From positions 1 to 54,393 of IMG/VR virus record IMGVR_UViG_3300032247_002425: a DNA stretch of 54,393 nucleotides. The stretch is one strand, 5' to 3'. This document shows, piece by piece, positions 18,484 to 28,900 of this stretch (the stretch's first letter is position 1; the number at the start of each line of letters is the position of its first letter). This DNA is from a virus. Taxonomy: Duplodnaviria; Caudoviricetes. The position numbers were made by a program, and so were the translations under genes. Under the pieces are notes generated by a model. That model did no database searches, was not told where the DNA came from, and saw only the letters and a program-made list of their open reading frames with translations.

Positions 18484-18733
18484 CAATACCTGGTGGCATG
18501 CTGAGAGCCAATCTTTGCGACGCAAGATCAACAGCTTGCCCTATGATACCAAACGCGAAATGACCAAGCTGTTTGAAGCCTGTGAGGATCAGGCCATGGC
18601 CATATGGCGCGAAGAGATAACCTGCAGATATCGCAATTCTCAAACTGAGAAACACGCTGCTCTGATGTCTAAGTTCTTGCAATCACACAGCAATCTAGAA
18701 CAGCATGTGGTTATGGCCCTGCTGATGATCTAG
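18455..18733 (+). CDS. Hypothetical protein (start reassigned to ATG 18455)
   Basis: C-terminal part of track ORF 18362-18733; upstream part is occupied by the ArfA-like frame. Confidence 0.6.
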   Translation: MSKSQPWTFDNTWWHAESQSLRRKINSLPYDTKREMTKLFEACEDQAMAIWREEITCRYRNSQTEKHAALMSKFLQSHSNLEQHVVMALLMI

Positions 18734-18745
18734 GCAAATCAGTGG

Positions 18746-18773
18746 TTGACAGACCCTAGATCTATGCTATTGT
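18746..18773 (+). promoter_or_regulatory. Sigma70-type promoter
   Basis: TTGACA-N16-TATTGT with TGC before the -10. Confidence 0.65.
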
Positions 18774-18807
18774 AACTTATCAACGGCAATATTCACGGAG
18801 AAACAGC

Positions 18808-19200
18808 ATGATCTGTGTAAACGAAGATACCAACACTACATGCAAGACTGCCAATCCTTTAGGCGCATGGCTTAACGCGAAAGAGCGCGGCGAAGTAGCC
18901 ATGAACTTACACAGAGAATTCTTTGAGAGCGACGAACACCTGGACCGATTGGAAGCCGTGGCACAGATCATCAAAGATTTCTTTGGGCATAGTCCAAACT
19001 ATTACACCCCTCGCGGTATCGGTCGCAAACCTTTTGAAAGCGTAAAGGTATCAGATTGTGGTTGGTTCCTCAGCCGCAAGAGCGTGCAGGAAAAAAGCGA
19101 ACGCTTGTATGAGCCGTTAGATGCGCTAGGTGACGTTGATTTCAAGAGCAAGAACGGTCACCTTATCGTGCGTGTGTTTCCCAAGAGCAAGCAGCCGTGA
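18808..19200 (+). CDS. Hypothetical protein
   Basis: GGAG RBS, ATG, downstream of promoter, GTGA overlap with next gene. Confidence 0.7.
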   Translation: MICVNEDTNTTCKTANPLGAWLNAKERGEVAMNLHREFFESDEHLDRLEAVAQIIKDFFGHSPNYYTPRGIGRKPFESVKVSDCGWFLSRKSVQEKSERLYEPLDALGDVDFKSKNGHLIVRVFPKSKQP

Positions 19201-19439
19201 GTGTTGGGGTCAATGTGTTCCTGCACTTGATCTGGGTGCTACTCTGCGGTGGTATTGGATACATTTTGCGCTGGAGCATGGAGGAGTTCAAGGCCATGGA
19301 TCAACAGGTAGAGCGTTTAAACCAGCCAGAACAGCCCATTTCTAAAACACAATCGTCTGTGCCAAGCGCAGCTAGTAGTCTACAAGCCAAGGCAGATCCA
19401 GCTAAACTAGCAGAACTTAAAGCCAGCCTCAAAAAGTAA
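19197..19439 (+). CDS. Small single-pass membrane protein
   Basis: N-terminal hydrophobic helix; GTGA overlap. Confidence 0.6.
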   Translation: MSVGVNVFLHLIWVLLCGGIGYILRWSMEEFKAMDQQVERLNQPEQPISKTQSSVPSAASSLQAKADPAKLAELKASLKK

Positions 19440-19467
19440 CGATATATACTGCTGGGAGGACCAGCTG

Positions 19468-19638
19468 ATGGAGATAGAAGCATATTTTGATACAGAGCAA
19501 GATTGCTATATCGTTGTGTTATGGAAGGGCGACGAAGTGATAGAAAAACATCAGTACGCAAGCATGGATGATGTAAATGCCAGCGTGAATCTGCTGCGCC
19601 GACATCATCCGCATGCCACAGTGATATATGGAGTCTAA
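19468..19638 (+). CDS. 56-aa hypothetical protein (not in ORF track)
   Basis: GGAGG RBS; MEIEAYFDTEQDCYIVVLWKGDEVIEKHQY...IYGV. Confidence 0.65.
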   Translation: MEIEAYFDTEQDCYIVVLWKGDEVIEKHQYASMDDVNASVNLLRRHHPHATVIYGV

Positions 19639-19639
19639 G

Positions 19640-19747
19640 ATGCCACTGGCTATGAGAGCTATGATATACTCAGTCGTGGTACCACAAAGCCTATGTCTCA
19701 TGGGCTTATGTTGGTACGCAGCAGGAATGAAGCACTTTCAACGCTAA
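19640..19747 (+). CDS. 35-aa hydrophobic peptide (not in ORF track)
   Basis: GGAG RBS, starts 1 nt after previous stop; MPLAMRAMIYSVVVPQSLCLMGLCWYAAGMKHFQR. Confidence 0.45.
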   Translation: MPLAMRAMIYSVVVPQSLCLMGLCWYAAGMKHFQR

Positions 19748-19763
19748 TACCGAGGTACACCAA

Positions 19764-20327
19764 ATGTACGCAGCTGATCACTTTACAGGACGCCAAGACC
19801 GAAGCTGGGGAACGCGAATCAAGCATCTCTTGATAATGAACGTCATTGGTTATTGCGTGATTCGATTAACCAGGCTGACTATGGGTCCGATCTATTGGTT
19901 GTGTATGGCGTTACCTTATTTTGGTATCTTTCTCCAGCAAAAAATCTTGCAAGATGCTAAGTTGCATCATGATGTTAGCATCACACAGTTTGGTGTAATG
20001 TCTTACGCTGATCTATACAGCTGGTTTAACATAGCTATCTTTGCAGCACTGCTACTGTTTCTTTGCGGAACGATAGGTTATGGAATAGCTGGTGGGCTAC
20101 GTGCTATCGTTTGGTATGCTCCTGTGTTGTTGATCCCAGTTGCTTACTTCTATGTTGGGCCAACTCTGCACTATCAGGGTGGCAGCCATGCTTACCTAAA
20201 GAAGTACTATTCACAGGACTGCAGCCTACAGCATGCTAACCTCATGTCACACGGCAACGTGTACAACAGCGACGGGTCATATGCTCCTTGCAGCTGGGTT
20301 TTGTCACCAGGAGCACCCGTACCTTGA
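19764..20327 (+). CDS. Multi-pass membrane protein
   Basis: About four hydrophobic segments; GAGG RBS. Confidence 0.7.
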   Translation: MYAADHFTGRQDRSWGTRIKHLLIMNVIGYCVIRLTRLTMGPIYWLCMALPYFGIFLQQKILQDAKLHHDVSITQFGVMSYADLYSWFNIAIFAALLLFLCGTIGYGIAGGLRAIVWYAPVLLIPVAYFYVGPTLHYQGGSHAYLKKYYSQDCSLQHANLMSHGNVYNSDGSYAPCSWVLSPGAPVP

Positions 20328-20410
20328 TGATTGCTATCTCTGTACTTGTGTTGATATGTGCTGCATGCACAGGCATCTATGCTCTGCTTAATTACAAGGA
20401 TCCAGCATGA
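20327..20410 (+). CDS. 27-aa single-TM peptide (not in ORF track)
   Basis: TGATG overlap upstream and ATGA overlap downstream; MIAISVLVLICAACTGIYALLNYKDPA. Confidence 0.55.
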   Translation: MIAISVLVLICAACTGIYALLNYKDPA

Positions 20411-21285
20411 AGATAATCAATTATCGCACAGGACAGAAGGGCAGCTTGCTGGCCAACTGGTTGAGCTTTGGTCGCACAGTGACCACAGATAGCACTGGCG
20501 CCAGCGTTATGATAGCTGGCACCGAAAGATTGAAATGGTGGTTCTATCACGGTGTCTATGAGCGTTTGGCAGCCTTGGGCCTACATCCTCCTGGTAACAG
20601 ACCTCCTCCGACCATAACCTGGGAGCAGCAGCGCGAATGGTTTCTCGATGATCACATAGCTGATATTGCATTTGCAGGCATGCTTGAGACCTTGGATACA
20701 GTGACAGGCACGGTGATAAGCATGCAGCATCTACCAATGCTGCGCAGGTATCACATCGATCAGTTGCGAGACCGAGGTCACGAGTTATGGGGCATCACTA
20801 CCAAGCCAGAACGAGTGAAACAGATTGAGATTGAAAATCACTTCAAGACCGCAGACAGAGATTACATAACCGAACCTCACAAGCAGCAGATCAGAGAATA
20901 TCTGGCCAGCAAGGACCTAGCTTGCCCAGAAGGGCGTCCAGAAAAAGAGATAGATGCCTACTGTGCAGAGCGCGATATGTCGCCCACAGATGAAAACCGT
21001 GTGTTGGTCATGCACAAGCTGATAGCTATGAGCAACAGGCCCAATCGTGCAGAAGGTCACACTCTGATACGCTGCAACGATCTCTATGCCAAGCTTGGCA
21101 TACCCACGGTGGATTATGACGAGCTGTTCTATCCGCCATATGATGGCATGTCTGAGATAGAACCAGATGCAGATCTCAGCAAGTGGCATGAAGAAGTACA
21201 GCGAAGCTGGGTCCCCGAAACAGTAGAGATGTTTGGAATAAACTGGAACTTAGCAGAATGTGGATATGATCCGCAGAGAAAATAG
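20407..21285 (+). CDS. Hypothetical protein (possible sulfotransferase-like N-terminal loop)
   Basis: 292-aa ORF; IINY..GQKG.LLA.WL start. Confidence 0.6.
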   Translation: MKIINYRTGQKGSLLANWLSFGRTVTTDSTGASVMIAGTERLKWWFYHGVYERLAALGLHPPGNRPPPTITWEQQREWFLDDHIADIAFAGMLETLDTVTGTVISMQHLPMLRRYHIDQLRDRGHELWGITTKPERVKQIEIENHFKTADRDYITEPHKQQIREYLASKDLACPEGRPEKEIDAYCAERDMSPTDENRVLVMHKLIAMSNRPNRAEGHTLIRCNDLYAKLGIPTVDYDELFYPPYDGMSEIEPDADLSKWHEEVQRSWVPETVEMFGINWNLAECGYDPQRK

Positions 21286-21340
21286 CCAATTACCTGCAAA
21301 ATTATCTATAATTTCAATGACATAAATGTCAACAAAACGG

Positions 21341-21368
21341 TTGACACTAGCGTATTGTGTGCTATTGT
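21341..21368 (+). promoter_or_regulatory. Sigma70-type promoter
   Basis: TTGACA-N16-TATTGT with TGC before the -10. Confidence 0.65.
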
Positions 21369-21393
21369 AATCATGTAGCACAGAGGAGCGGGC

Positions 21394-23496
21394 ATGAAGA
21401 TCGCAGACACGGCAACTACCACAGATACCAACAGCGCATTCACCATCGCTGCCACCGGCAAAGCGTTCAAGATCCTCAGCGATGGCCTATATTCAGACAA
21501 GATACGTGCTATCATCCGCGAGCTGGCCTGCAACGCTCGGGACAGCCACGTAGCGGCTGGCAATGGTGCGCCATGGAGCATGCACCTTCCAACCTATGAT
21601 GAACAATGGTTCAGCATTGAAGATTTTGGCACAGGCATGAGCCACGAGGACGTGATCAACGTCTACAGCCGCTACTTCGCCAGCACCAAGACTGCCAGCA
21701 ACGATTTCGTGGGACAGCTGGGCTTGGGCAGCAAGAGTCCATTTAGCTATACCAGAGAGTTTTGGGTAAACAGCCGCTATGCTGGCGTTGAGAATCGTTA
21801 CCGCATGTATTTCGACGACAGTGACACTCCTCGAGTGGATCACATTGCCAGCGGTCCTGCCATGGGCTCAGGCATCATGGTCCAGTTTGCTGTGATCAGC
21901 GGTATCGAGCGCTGGCACCACAAGGCTGTGGAAGTGCTGCGTTGGTTTGATCAGAAACCGACCTGCAACGTCCAAATCGAGATGGACATTGCTGAACCCG
22001 CGCGTCGTGGACAGGGTTGGCGCATCTGGGACAAGGCTCAGTGGAATGGATGGTTTATCCAGATCCTCATGGGAGGTGTGCTCTATCCTTTGGATCGCCA
22101 CAGCATCCCTGACATGGATCACCGCATTGGTTACCTCTGTGATTTTCCAATCGTGATTGACATGCCAATCGGCGACTGCGACGTGGCTGCCAGCCGTGAA
22201 GGTCTCAGCTATGATCCGCGCACTGTGAGCAACATCATTGCGCGGTTGAACGCGGTACGTGACAACATGGTTGCGATGATCAGCGATGCCATCAGCAACG
22301 CACCCACGCTCTGGGACGCACATCACCAATGGCATGTGAACTTTGCAGGCTCAGTCGGCTACTACATGCGCCGCGTGTTTGATGACGTGCAGCTGGAATG
22401 GCAAGGGCACAACATCGATCGTGGTACCATGTCAGTGGACACAAACAAGCTGTACAAGAAACCTGACAATGGCGTGCGGCTCATGCCTGCGCAGATCAAG
22501 AGCGTGCGTAAGAATGATACTTTCATGTTGAGCTGTACTCCTGCTACCAAGATCGTGTTTGACGATCTCAAGAAAGGTGGATTGGGGCGTGCACGGCAGA
22601 TGCACGCTGTGGCTGACTACAAGAACGTCACGGTGCTGTTCCCAACTCGACAGGGCGGTTGGGAAGCATTGCGTGCCGAGCTGGGTTACCCAGACGTAGT
22701 CTACGCCAGCACGCTGCCTGACGTGGTCAAGAAGACACGTAACACCGTGCAGCAGGTCTGGGAGTTACATCATCAGTCAAGGACCGGTGGCAAGTATGCT
22801 TGGCGCAGCATTGATCCCGCCACGCTGGCCACCACAGGCAAGATGATCTACGTCACGCTTAAGAACTGGGATGTTATCACTGGTCACAAGATGCTGGGTC
22901 GCTATGGCCTGGATACTCTGCGATCGGCTGCTGTACAGGCCGGATTGATCATGCAAGATACACCAATCTATGCGGTACGTCCTGCCAGCGTGCCCAAGCT
23001 TGATGCCAAGCGCTGGGTGAGCTTGCATGATCATCTGCAACCATTGGTAACGGCCATGCTGGCTGAGCCCAAGACACAAGCACTGTACAGGGTACATGCA
23101 GAACAATCGCAGGTGCAGGACGTGCTACCCACCACCATCAACAAGCTCAGCAACTGGGTTGATCAGTTGCGCAAGAAACTGCGCGATCCGGAAAGTGAAC
23201 TGATCCATTTTCTCACTGCGCTCAGCGACATGAAGACTGCCAGCAATGTGGATCTCAGTCCATATCGCACGCTGCAGAGGCACTATGAGATCCAGATGCC
23301 CGAGTTTGATGAGCGCAGCGCAGTTGGTATTGAAGCAGCACGCATCGCTCGCAAGTATGGCATGCTCAACCATGTTAACCTTGGTTATCACATTGACCCA
23401 AAGTCCATGGATGATTTGGTCAACTACATCGATGCAGTTGATACAGCTCATGTGTTCCTGTCATTGAGCAAGACAGAACCAGAATCTGAGGCATGA
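21394..23496 (+). CDS. rIIA: rIIA-like protein with N-terminal GHKL (Hsp90-type) ATPase domain
   Basis: AFKILS..LYSDK.RA.IREL.CNA.DSH, DFGTGM, YF.STK..SND..G.LGLGSKSPF.Y, SRE.LSY. Confidence 0.85.
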   Translation: MKIADTATTTDTNSAFTIAATGKAFKILSDGLYSDKIRAIIRELACNARDSHVAAGNGAPWSMHLPTYDEQWFSIEDFGTGMSHEDVINVYSRYFASTKTASNDFVGQLGLGSKSPFSYTREFWVNSRYAGVENRYRMYFDDSDTPRVDHIASGPAMGSGIMVQFAVISGIERWHHKAVEVLRWFDQKPTCNVQIEMDIAEPARRGQGWRIWDKAQWNGWFIQILMGGVLYPLDRHSIPDMDHRIGYLCDFPIVIDMPIGDCDVAASREGLSYDPRTVSNIIARLNAVRDNMVAMISDAISNAPTLWDAHHQWHVNFAGSVGYYMRRVFDDVQLEWQGHNIDRGTMSVDTNKLYKKPDNGVRLMPAQIKSVRKNDTFMLSCTPATKIVFDDLKKGGLGRARQMHAVADYKNVTVLFPTRQGGWEALRAELGYPDVVYASTLPDVVKKTRNTVQQVWELHHQSRTGGKYAWRSIDPATLATTGKMIYVTLKNWDVITGHKMLGRYGLDTLRSAAVQAGLIMQDTPIYAVRPASVPKLDAKRWVSLHDHLQPLVTAMLAEPKTQALYRVHAEQSQVQDVLPTTINKLSNWVDQLRKKLRDPESELIHFLTALSDMKTASNVDLSPYRTLQRHYEIQMPEFDERSAVGIEAARIARKYGMLNHVNLGYHIDPKSMDDLVNYIDAVDTAHVFLSLSKTEPESEA

Positions 23497-23555
23497 TTAT
23501 TTGATAGCTCTCCGATCGTGCCACATAATTACTGGTGTAACGATCGGAGACTACA

Positions 23556-24269
23556 ATGGAATTAACACAAGACATGGTCAAGGTGCTGCAAGCAGCCAGG
23601 GTTCACTTCTGTATCCCTTGCTACGGTGGCCAGATCAATGAAGGCACCTTCATCAGCATGCTGAAATACATGGCCACGGCACAGCGCCTTGGGTTGAATT
23701 TCACCATCGATACCATGGTAAACGAAAGCCTCGTTTGCCGCGCTCGCAACAGCTTGGTGGCCAAGATGCTGTACTTCGAACCCAAGAGCACACACTTGAT
23801 GTTTGTGGACGCAGACATTGGTTTCGAACCAGAAGAGATCTTCAAGTTGATCATTGCCGATCGAGATGTGGTTGGCGGTTTGTATCCCAAGAAAGCCCTG
23901 CCTATCAGCTATGTGGTCAACAAGGTCCCAGGTGCTGTCAAGGAAGGTAACTTGGTGGAAGTGGCCAATCTGGGCACTGGCTTCATGATGATCAAGCGCC
24001 ACGTGCTGGAGCAGATGATCGCCAAGCACCCAGAGCTGCACTATGTGGACAGCATTGGATTGGATCCCAAGTACGATCCGTTCAAGTATGCGCTGTTTGA
24101 CACAGAGATTGACAACGACAGCAAGGAATATCTGTCAGAAGACTACACCTTCTGCAAGCGTTGGCGGGCCATGGGCGGCAAGATCTGGGCAGACCTGACC
24201 ATCACGCTGAACCACATAGGCTACTTCACCTTCCGCGGTGATGCTACACAGCTACAGCCTCATCTCTAA
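23556..24269 (+). CDS. Glycosyltransferase-like protein (GT-A fold)
   Basis: PCYGG, ESLV.RARN, FVDADI, GTGFMMI.R, YLSEDY.FC.RW...GG.IWAD, L.H.G. Confidence 0.8.
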   Translation: MELTQDMVKVLQAARVHFCIPCYGGQINEGTFISMLKYMATAQRLGLNFTIDTMVNESLVCRARNSLVAKMLYFEPKSTHLMFVDADIGFEPEEIFKLIIADRDVVGGLYPKKALPISYVVNKVPGAVKEGNLVEVANLGTGFMMIKRHVLEQMIAKHPELHYVDSIGLDPKYDPFKYALFDTEIDNDSKEYLSEDYTFCKRWRAMGGKIWADLTITLNHIGYFTFRGDATQLQPHL

Positions 24270-24287
24270 AATGAGATACCACGGCGC

Positions 24288-25442
24288 ATGATCAGTGAAA
24301 CATTCTGTGCGGCGCCGTGGACCGTGCACTGTATCAATGCCAATGGCACAGCTGGTGTCTGCTGCGTCAACCGTGCAGCTGTGGTAGACAGCATGGATCA
24401 TTCTACGATGATGCAGGGCACAGCAGTGCAACAGATGAAACAAGACATGCTGGCAGGTAGGCCAGCCGACGGCTGTGCTAAGTGTTATGATAACGAACGC
24501 TCGGGTGTTTATAGCCTGAGGAATCTCTATAACAAGATCACCGGACATAGACTTGACAGGGATCGACTCTCTGATCCGCAATATGAAAACCGTGTTTGGT
24601 ATGACCTAAGCCTTGGAAACAAGTGCAATCAGAAATGCAGGATCTGCGGTCCACATAACAGCACTGCATGGTACAAAGATGCAAAAAATTTCCTTGACCT
24701 AGACTGGGCTCACACTGGGTGGCATAGGTACCCCAGATTGACTGACAGCATCGATGCCATACCAGGCATAATCGCCAGCATGCACAATACCAGAGATAGC
24801 TTTCGCATAGAGCTCAAGGGTGGCGAACCTCTGTACATGGACAGCAATCGAATATTGCTGGCTGAAATGATAGCTCAGGGCTTGCATGAGCGCACAGAAG
24901 AACTGCGCATCATCACCAATGGCACACAGCACGATCCCAGGCTCTTGGATATGCTGCGCCAGTTTCCACACATTGACCTTGGATTGAGCATAGATGCCAC
25001 AGGCAAGCTGCATGAATATGTTCGCGGTACCAACATGAGCTGGGATCAGTGCAGGCGCAGCTGGTCCAAGATCGTAGATCTACCAAATATCTCGCGATTG
25101 AGATTGTGCAACACTGTATATGCCTACACAGTGTTTGATCTGCCTGTGCTACGCCAATGGGCTCACCAAGAATTTGGTCGACTGGAACTGATGTCAGATG
25201 CGCTGCTGCATGAACCACGATATCTCAGCATCAGTATCTTACCAAAACATCTAAGGCAGGCTGCAGCTGAACAATTGCCTGTGCAAGATGACATGATACC
25301 AGTGTTCTTACGTGAAGCTGAATCACAAACCGACCTACTAGAGCAGCGCGAGCGTTTCAAGATCTTTACCAAGCGTTTGGATGCCATACGATCAGAAGAT
25401 CTAACAAGCTTGGTACCAGAACTGTCGGAGCTTTTGAGTTAA
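24288..25442 (+). CDS. Radical SAM protein with N-terminal twitch/SPASM-like domain
   Basis: FC.APW, CC, C.KCY..E; GNKCNQKCRIC, GGEP, TNGT, SIDA. Confidence 0.88.
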   Translation: MISETFCAAPWTVHCINANGTAGVCCVNRAAVVDSMDHSTMMQGTAVQQMKQDMLAGRPADGCAKCYDNERSGVYSLRNLYNKITGHRLDRDRLSDPQYENRVWYDLSLGNKCNQKCRICGPHNSTAWYKDAKNFLDLDWAHTGWHRYPRLTDSIDAIPGIIASMHNTRDSFRIELKGGEPLYMDSNRILLAEMIAQGLHERTEELRIITNGTQHDPRLLDMLRQFPHIDLGLSIDATGKLHEYVRGTNMSWDQCRRSWSKIVDLPNISRLRLCNTVYAYTVFDLPVLRQWAHQEFGRLELMSDALLHEPRYLSISILPKHLRQAAAEQLPVQDDMIPVFLREAESQTDLLEQRERFKIFTKRLDAIRSEDLTSLVPELSELLS

Positions 25443-25452
25443 GTGCTGGCCA

Positions 25453-25481
25453 TTGACGCTGTGCAGCTGTTACGTTACAAT
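25453..25481 (+). promoter_or_regulatory. Sigma70-type promoter, probably leaderless
   Basis: TTGACG-N17-TACAAT ending 5 nt before ATG 25487. Confidence 0.55.
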
Positions 25482-25486
25482 AGTGC

Positions 25487-25906
25487 ATGACCCATTATTA
25501 TTTTGCCTATGGGCGCAACACCAACATCAAGACCATGCAGGAACGCTGCCCGCGAGCAGTGTGTCTTGGGCCCAGCTGGGTTGATGGGTATGTGTTCCGC
25601 TGGCGCGGTGTAGCTGATTTAGATATGTCCCCAGATGACTACGTGATAGGTGTGCTCTGGGAACTCAACGATGGTGATCTGGCTGCGCTGGATTGGTACG
25701 AAGGTTTTCCGCGCAAATACTTCAGGCAGCGAGTGATAGCCAAGACCAGCCAGCAGGAATATACAAGCTGGGCCTACATGATGGTAAACCCTGGTGAGCA
25801 ATCAGCACCCAAGGACGAGTATCGCACGGCATTGTTTGAAGGTTATGCTGAAAATGACATCAGCACTGATCAGCTTGAACGCGAGCTCAAACGGCTCAAT
25901 AGTTAG
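25487..25906 (+). CDS. Gamma-glutamylcyclotransferase (second copy)
   Basis: YFAYG.N, M.ERCP.A, GVLWE, LDWYEGFP..Y. Confidence 0.88.
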   Translation: MTHYYFAYGRNTNIKTMQERCPRAVCLGPSWVDGYVFRWRGVADLDMSPDDYVIGVLWELNDGDLAALDWYEGFPRKYFRQRVIAKTSQQEYTSWAYMMVNPGEQSAPKDEYRTALFEGYAENDISTDQLERELKRLNS

Positions 25907-25910
25907 AGAG

Positions 25911-28900
25911 TTATTGTATAACGTAACCCCAATACACAGTTTTTGGTGCCCCACTGGCGTTGTTGATAGTGAAATCAAACACATTTGAAGTAGTACCCAC
26001 GCTGGGATTGCTAGAAACTATTGTGCCAGCTGTGCCAATAAACTGAGTTGGTATTGCGGTAATTTCCAACGGGGTGCCGCCCCCTGTATAGTTCCATGCA
26101 AACTGTTGTCCTATCACAGGCACGTTGGTGTTGGTCACACTAGCCGTGGCATTCCACACGATGATGCCATTTGGTATGTTCCCCCTGACCCACATAGAAT
26201 ATGTGCCAATGCCTGGAACAGTGAAACTATAGGTGTTGGATCCCACAGTCACATTCCAAGTACCTGTGGTGCGTTGATATGCAGTAGGTTGCACAGTAGC
26301 ATCCGGGAATGTCAAGCTACCGTTGCCTGTAAACATCCAAGACCCTACGGGGCTGGCAATCTCCACAAAGGTGTTGGCATTGTTGATGTCTATCAGCACA
26401 TCGCCTTCTGCGTTGGGCGTGAAGTTAATGGCATCGGCATAGGTCTCTATACCTAATCCAGATGTGATTGCCAGCTGGCTGTTGCCACTGTAGATGCCCA
26501 CACCGCCCGCAGGAGCCCTGAGGAAGATGTCAGTTCCAGACTCAATGCTTAGTGTAGTAGCGCTTGAGATGCCGGCAGTGTCTGGCAGCCTTAGGTTACC
26601 AGTGGGGCTGAATGTCCAGTCGTGATAGGTAGGGCCATCTGAGGCAGTGCGTATGCTGATGTTGCTGCCCACGGTGGTCACGTTGCCAGTGTCATAGTTG
26701 TGACTGGTTATGACAGCATTGCTTGGAAGGTATGTGGTGCCGTCTGAACCCAGGATCCAATCGTTCTTGGGCATGCCGTTGCCGGGATTGGTGATCAGCA
26801 GGATCTCTGGATGGCTGCTGTCGCCACCCGTGAACTGCGTGTTTATCACTGCCCAGTGGCCATTGTTATAGTCCTGCGTGATGATCTGGTTGCTGATGCT
26901 GTCCTGGAACAGTGCGCTGGCATTGCCGTTGTAGGCCGTGTTGAGCCACAGCCCATGTCCCGAACCATAACCATAACCAAGGTCCTGTATGGTGCTGCCA
27001 CCTGGTATGGTCGCTATGCCATCTGCGCCAAATGTCCACGTGTTGGAGTTGGTGCTGAGCACTATGTTACCGGCATTGCTGGTACCGATGGTATTATCAC
27101 TGAAAGTGATGTTACCAGTGTTCACAGCACCACCGCCTACTAGGGCATTGCTGCCATCTGACCAGTTGATGGTACCACCCTGGGGCAGCGTGAGGTTGCC
27201 TGTGTTATCAAATGTCCACAGCACGTTGAAGCCGTCGCTGGCACGCCTCAGGTCAATGTATACTTCTGGTGTGTCAATGTTGGCCAGGCACACATCTATC
27301 TTGGCCTGTGCTGGATAGAGTCCTGTGGTGCTGTCCTGAGCCAATGCCAACCAATAGCTGGCAGCCTGGCTGGTATTGGTGCTGATGTTGCCAAACGTGG
27401 TGGTTGTGCTGATGCCATTGGTACCAAACTGCTGGCTGTTGTTCACAGCACCTTCTGAACCAGTGGATATCAGCACACTGGTGGTGTCCACGTACAGCCC
27501 GTTCATGTTGTAGTTGTTGTTAAGGCTACCGATGCCAGCGATGTAGTCGCTGCTGATCAGGGTGCCACCTGGTTGCGCACCACCCAACAGGATGTTGCCG
27601 TTCTCAGAGGCTATGGCATACTGGCTGCGCACGTTGGGGTCCATGGCCACCATGCCCGTGAAGTTGGGGTTTTCAACTTCTTCTGTGCCGTAGTAGACCA
27701 GCGTGTGGCCTTCCATGTTGACCAGTATGCGTGCTTCGCCTGTGCCAGCGCTCATGTAGATCTGGCTGTTCTGTACCACGCCATTGTCGCCGTAGGTGTT
27801 GACCACCGTGCCAAACTCTGCGCTGTTGGTGTTGCCCACGCCGCCGCTGTTCATCCTGGTGTGTAACGGCATGGTCAGATAACCGTTGAGATCAAACACC
27901 CAGTTGCTGTTGGCGATGTCTGCCTGAGTCTGTATGGTAACACCTTCGTTGCTGGCAGTGACGTAGTTCTGTGTGTCAGCACTGCCTATCTGTGCGCCAA
28001 CTGTGCCAGCTGCACCCAGTCGGGTGATACCACCGTTGTTGTCCAGATATCCGCCATCTGGCAGAGTCAGCACGCCAGCCTGGTCAAACTGCCAAGCAGC
28101 AGCTGGGCCCATGGCATTGAGCCAAGTGGTCTCGGCAGCTGGGGTAATAGACAAGTTGCCGGTGGTCGTGGTTGCGGTCAGAGGCACAGCTGACAGATTG
28201 CCACCAGTGGTCACGGTGAGGTCGTTGTAGTTTTGGGTGATGCCACCAGCGATGTTGCGGTAGATCCATGGGCCATATTCGCCTCTGAGCGAACCGTCGC
28301 TGGGCACTCGCATGGTGACTTGGTTGCTGTCTGCGCCAGCCATGCCACCCGTGATGTTCAGCCAGGTGATCACCAGCGGGCTCTGCGGATCGCTGCTGTC
28401 CCAGTCCAGCGCATGAGCACTGCTGTCAAACAAGTCCATGAACTCGGCACTGTAGGGCCAGGCTGTGTTCAGCTCATTGATCCACAGGATCACGCCAGTT
28501 TCTTGGTTTATCTGGCTGACCGTGATGCCTATGCTGTTGAGATCGTAGGAGATGCCGGCCACATAGAGATTGCCCGCACCTGCCACGGCAGTGATGCCCT
28601 CAGCACCATCCAAGCCGGTGGTCCATCGCGTGGTCCAGTGTGGCGTGCCTGTGTCAGCATCCATGCTGCTCAACCATGCGTAGGTGTTGGCAGCGTAGAT
28701 TGAGCCACCTGCGAACACGTTGCCATCATCATAGGCCACTGCTGCGCCGATGGTGGTCTGGGATTGGTAGGTGAACCTGGTCAGCCAACGACCGTTGCCA
28801 TCCTCACCTACCTTGCCAACCAGCGCTGCGTTCGGTGTGTAGAAGCCAGTGCTGTTAATGTAGGCATTGTTGCTGACAATGTTCACATTGGGTTGGTATT

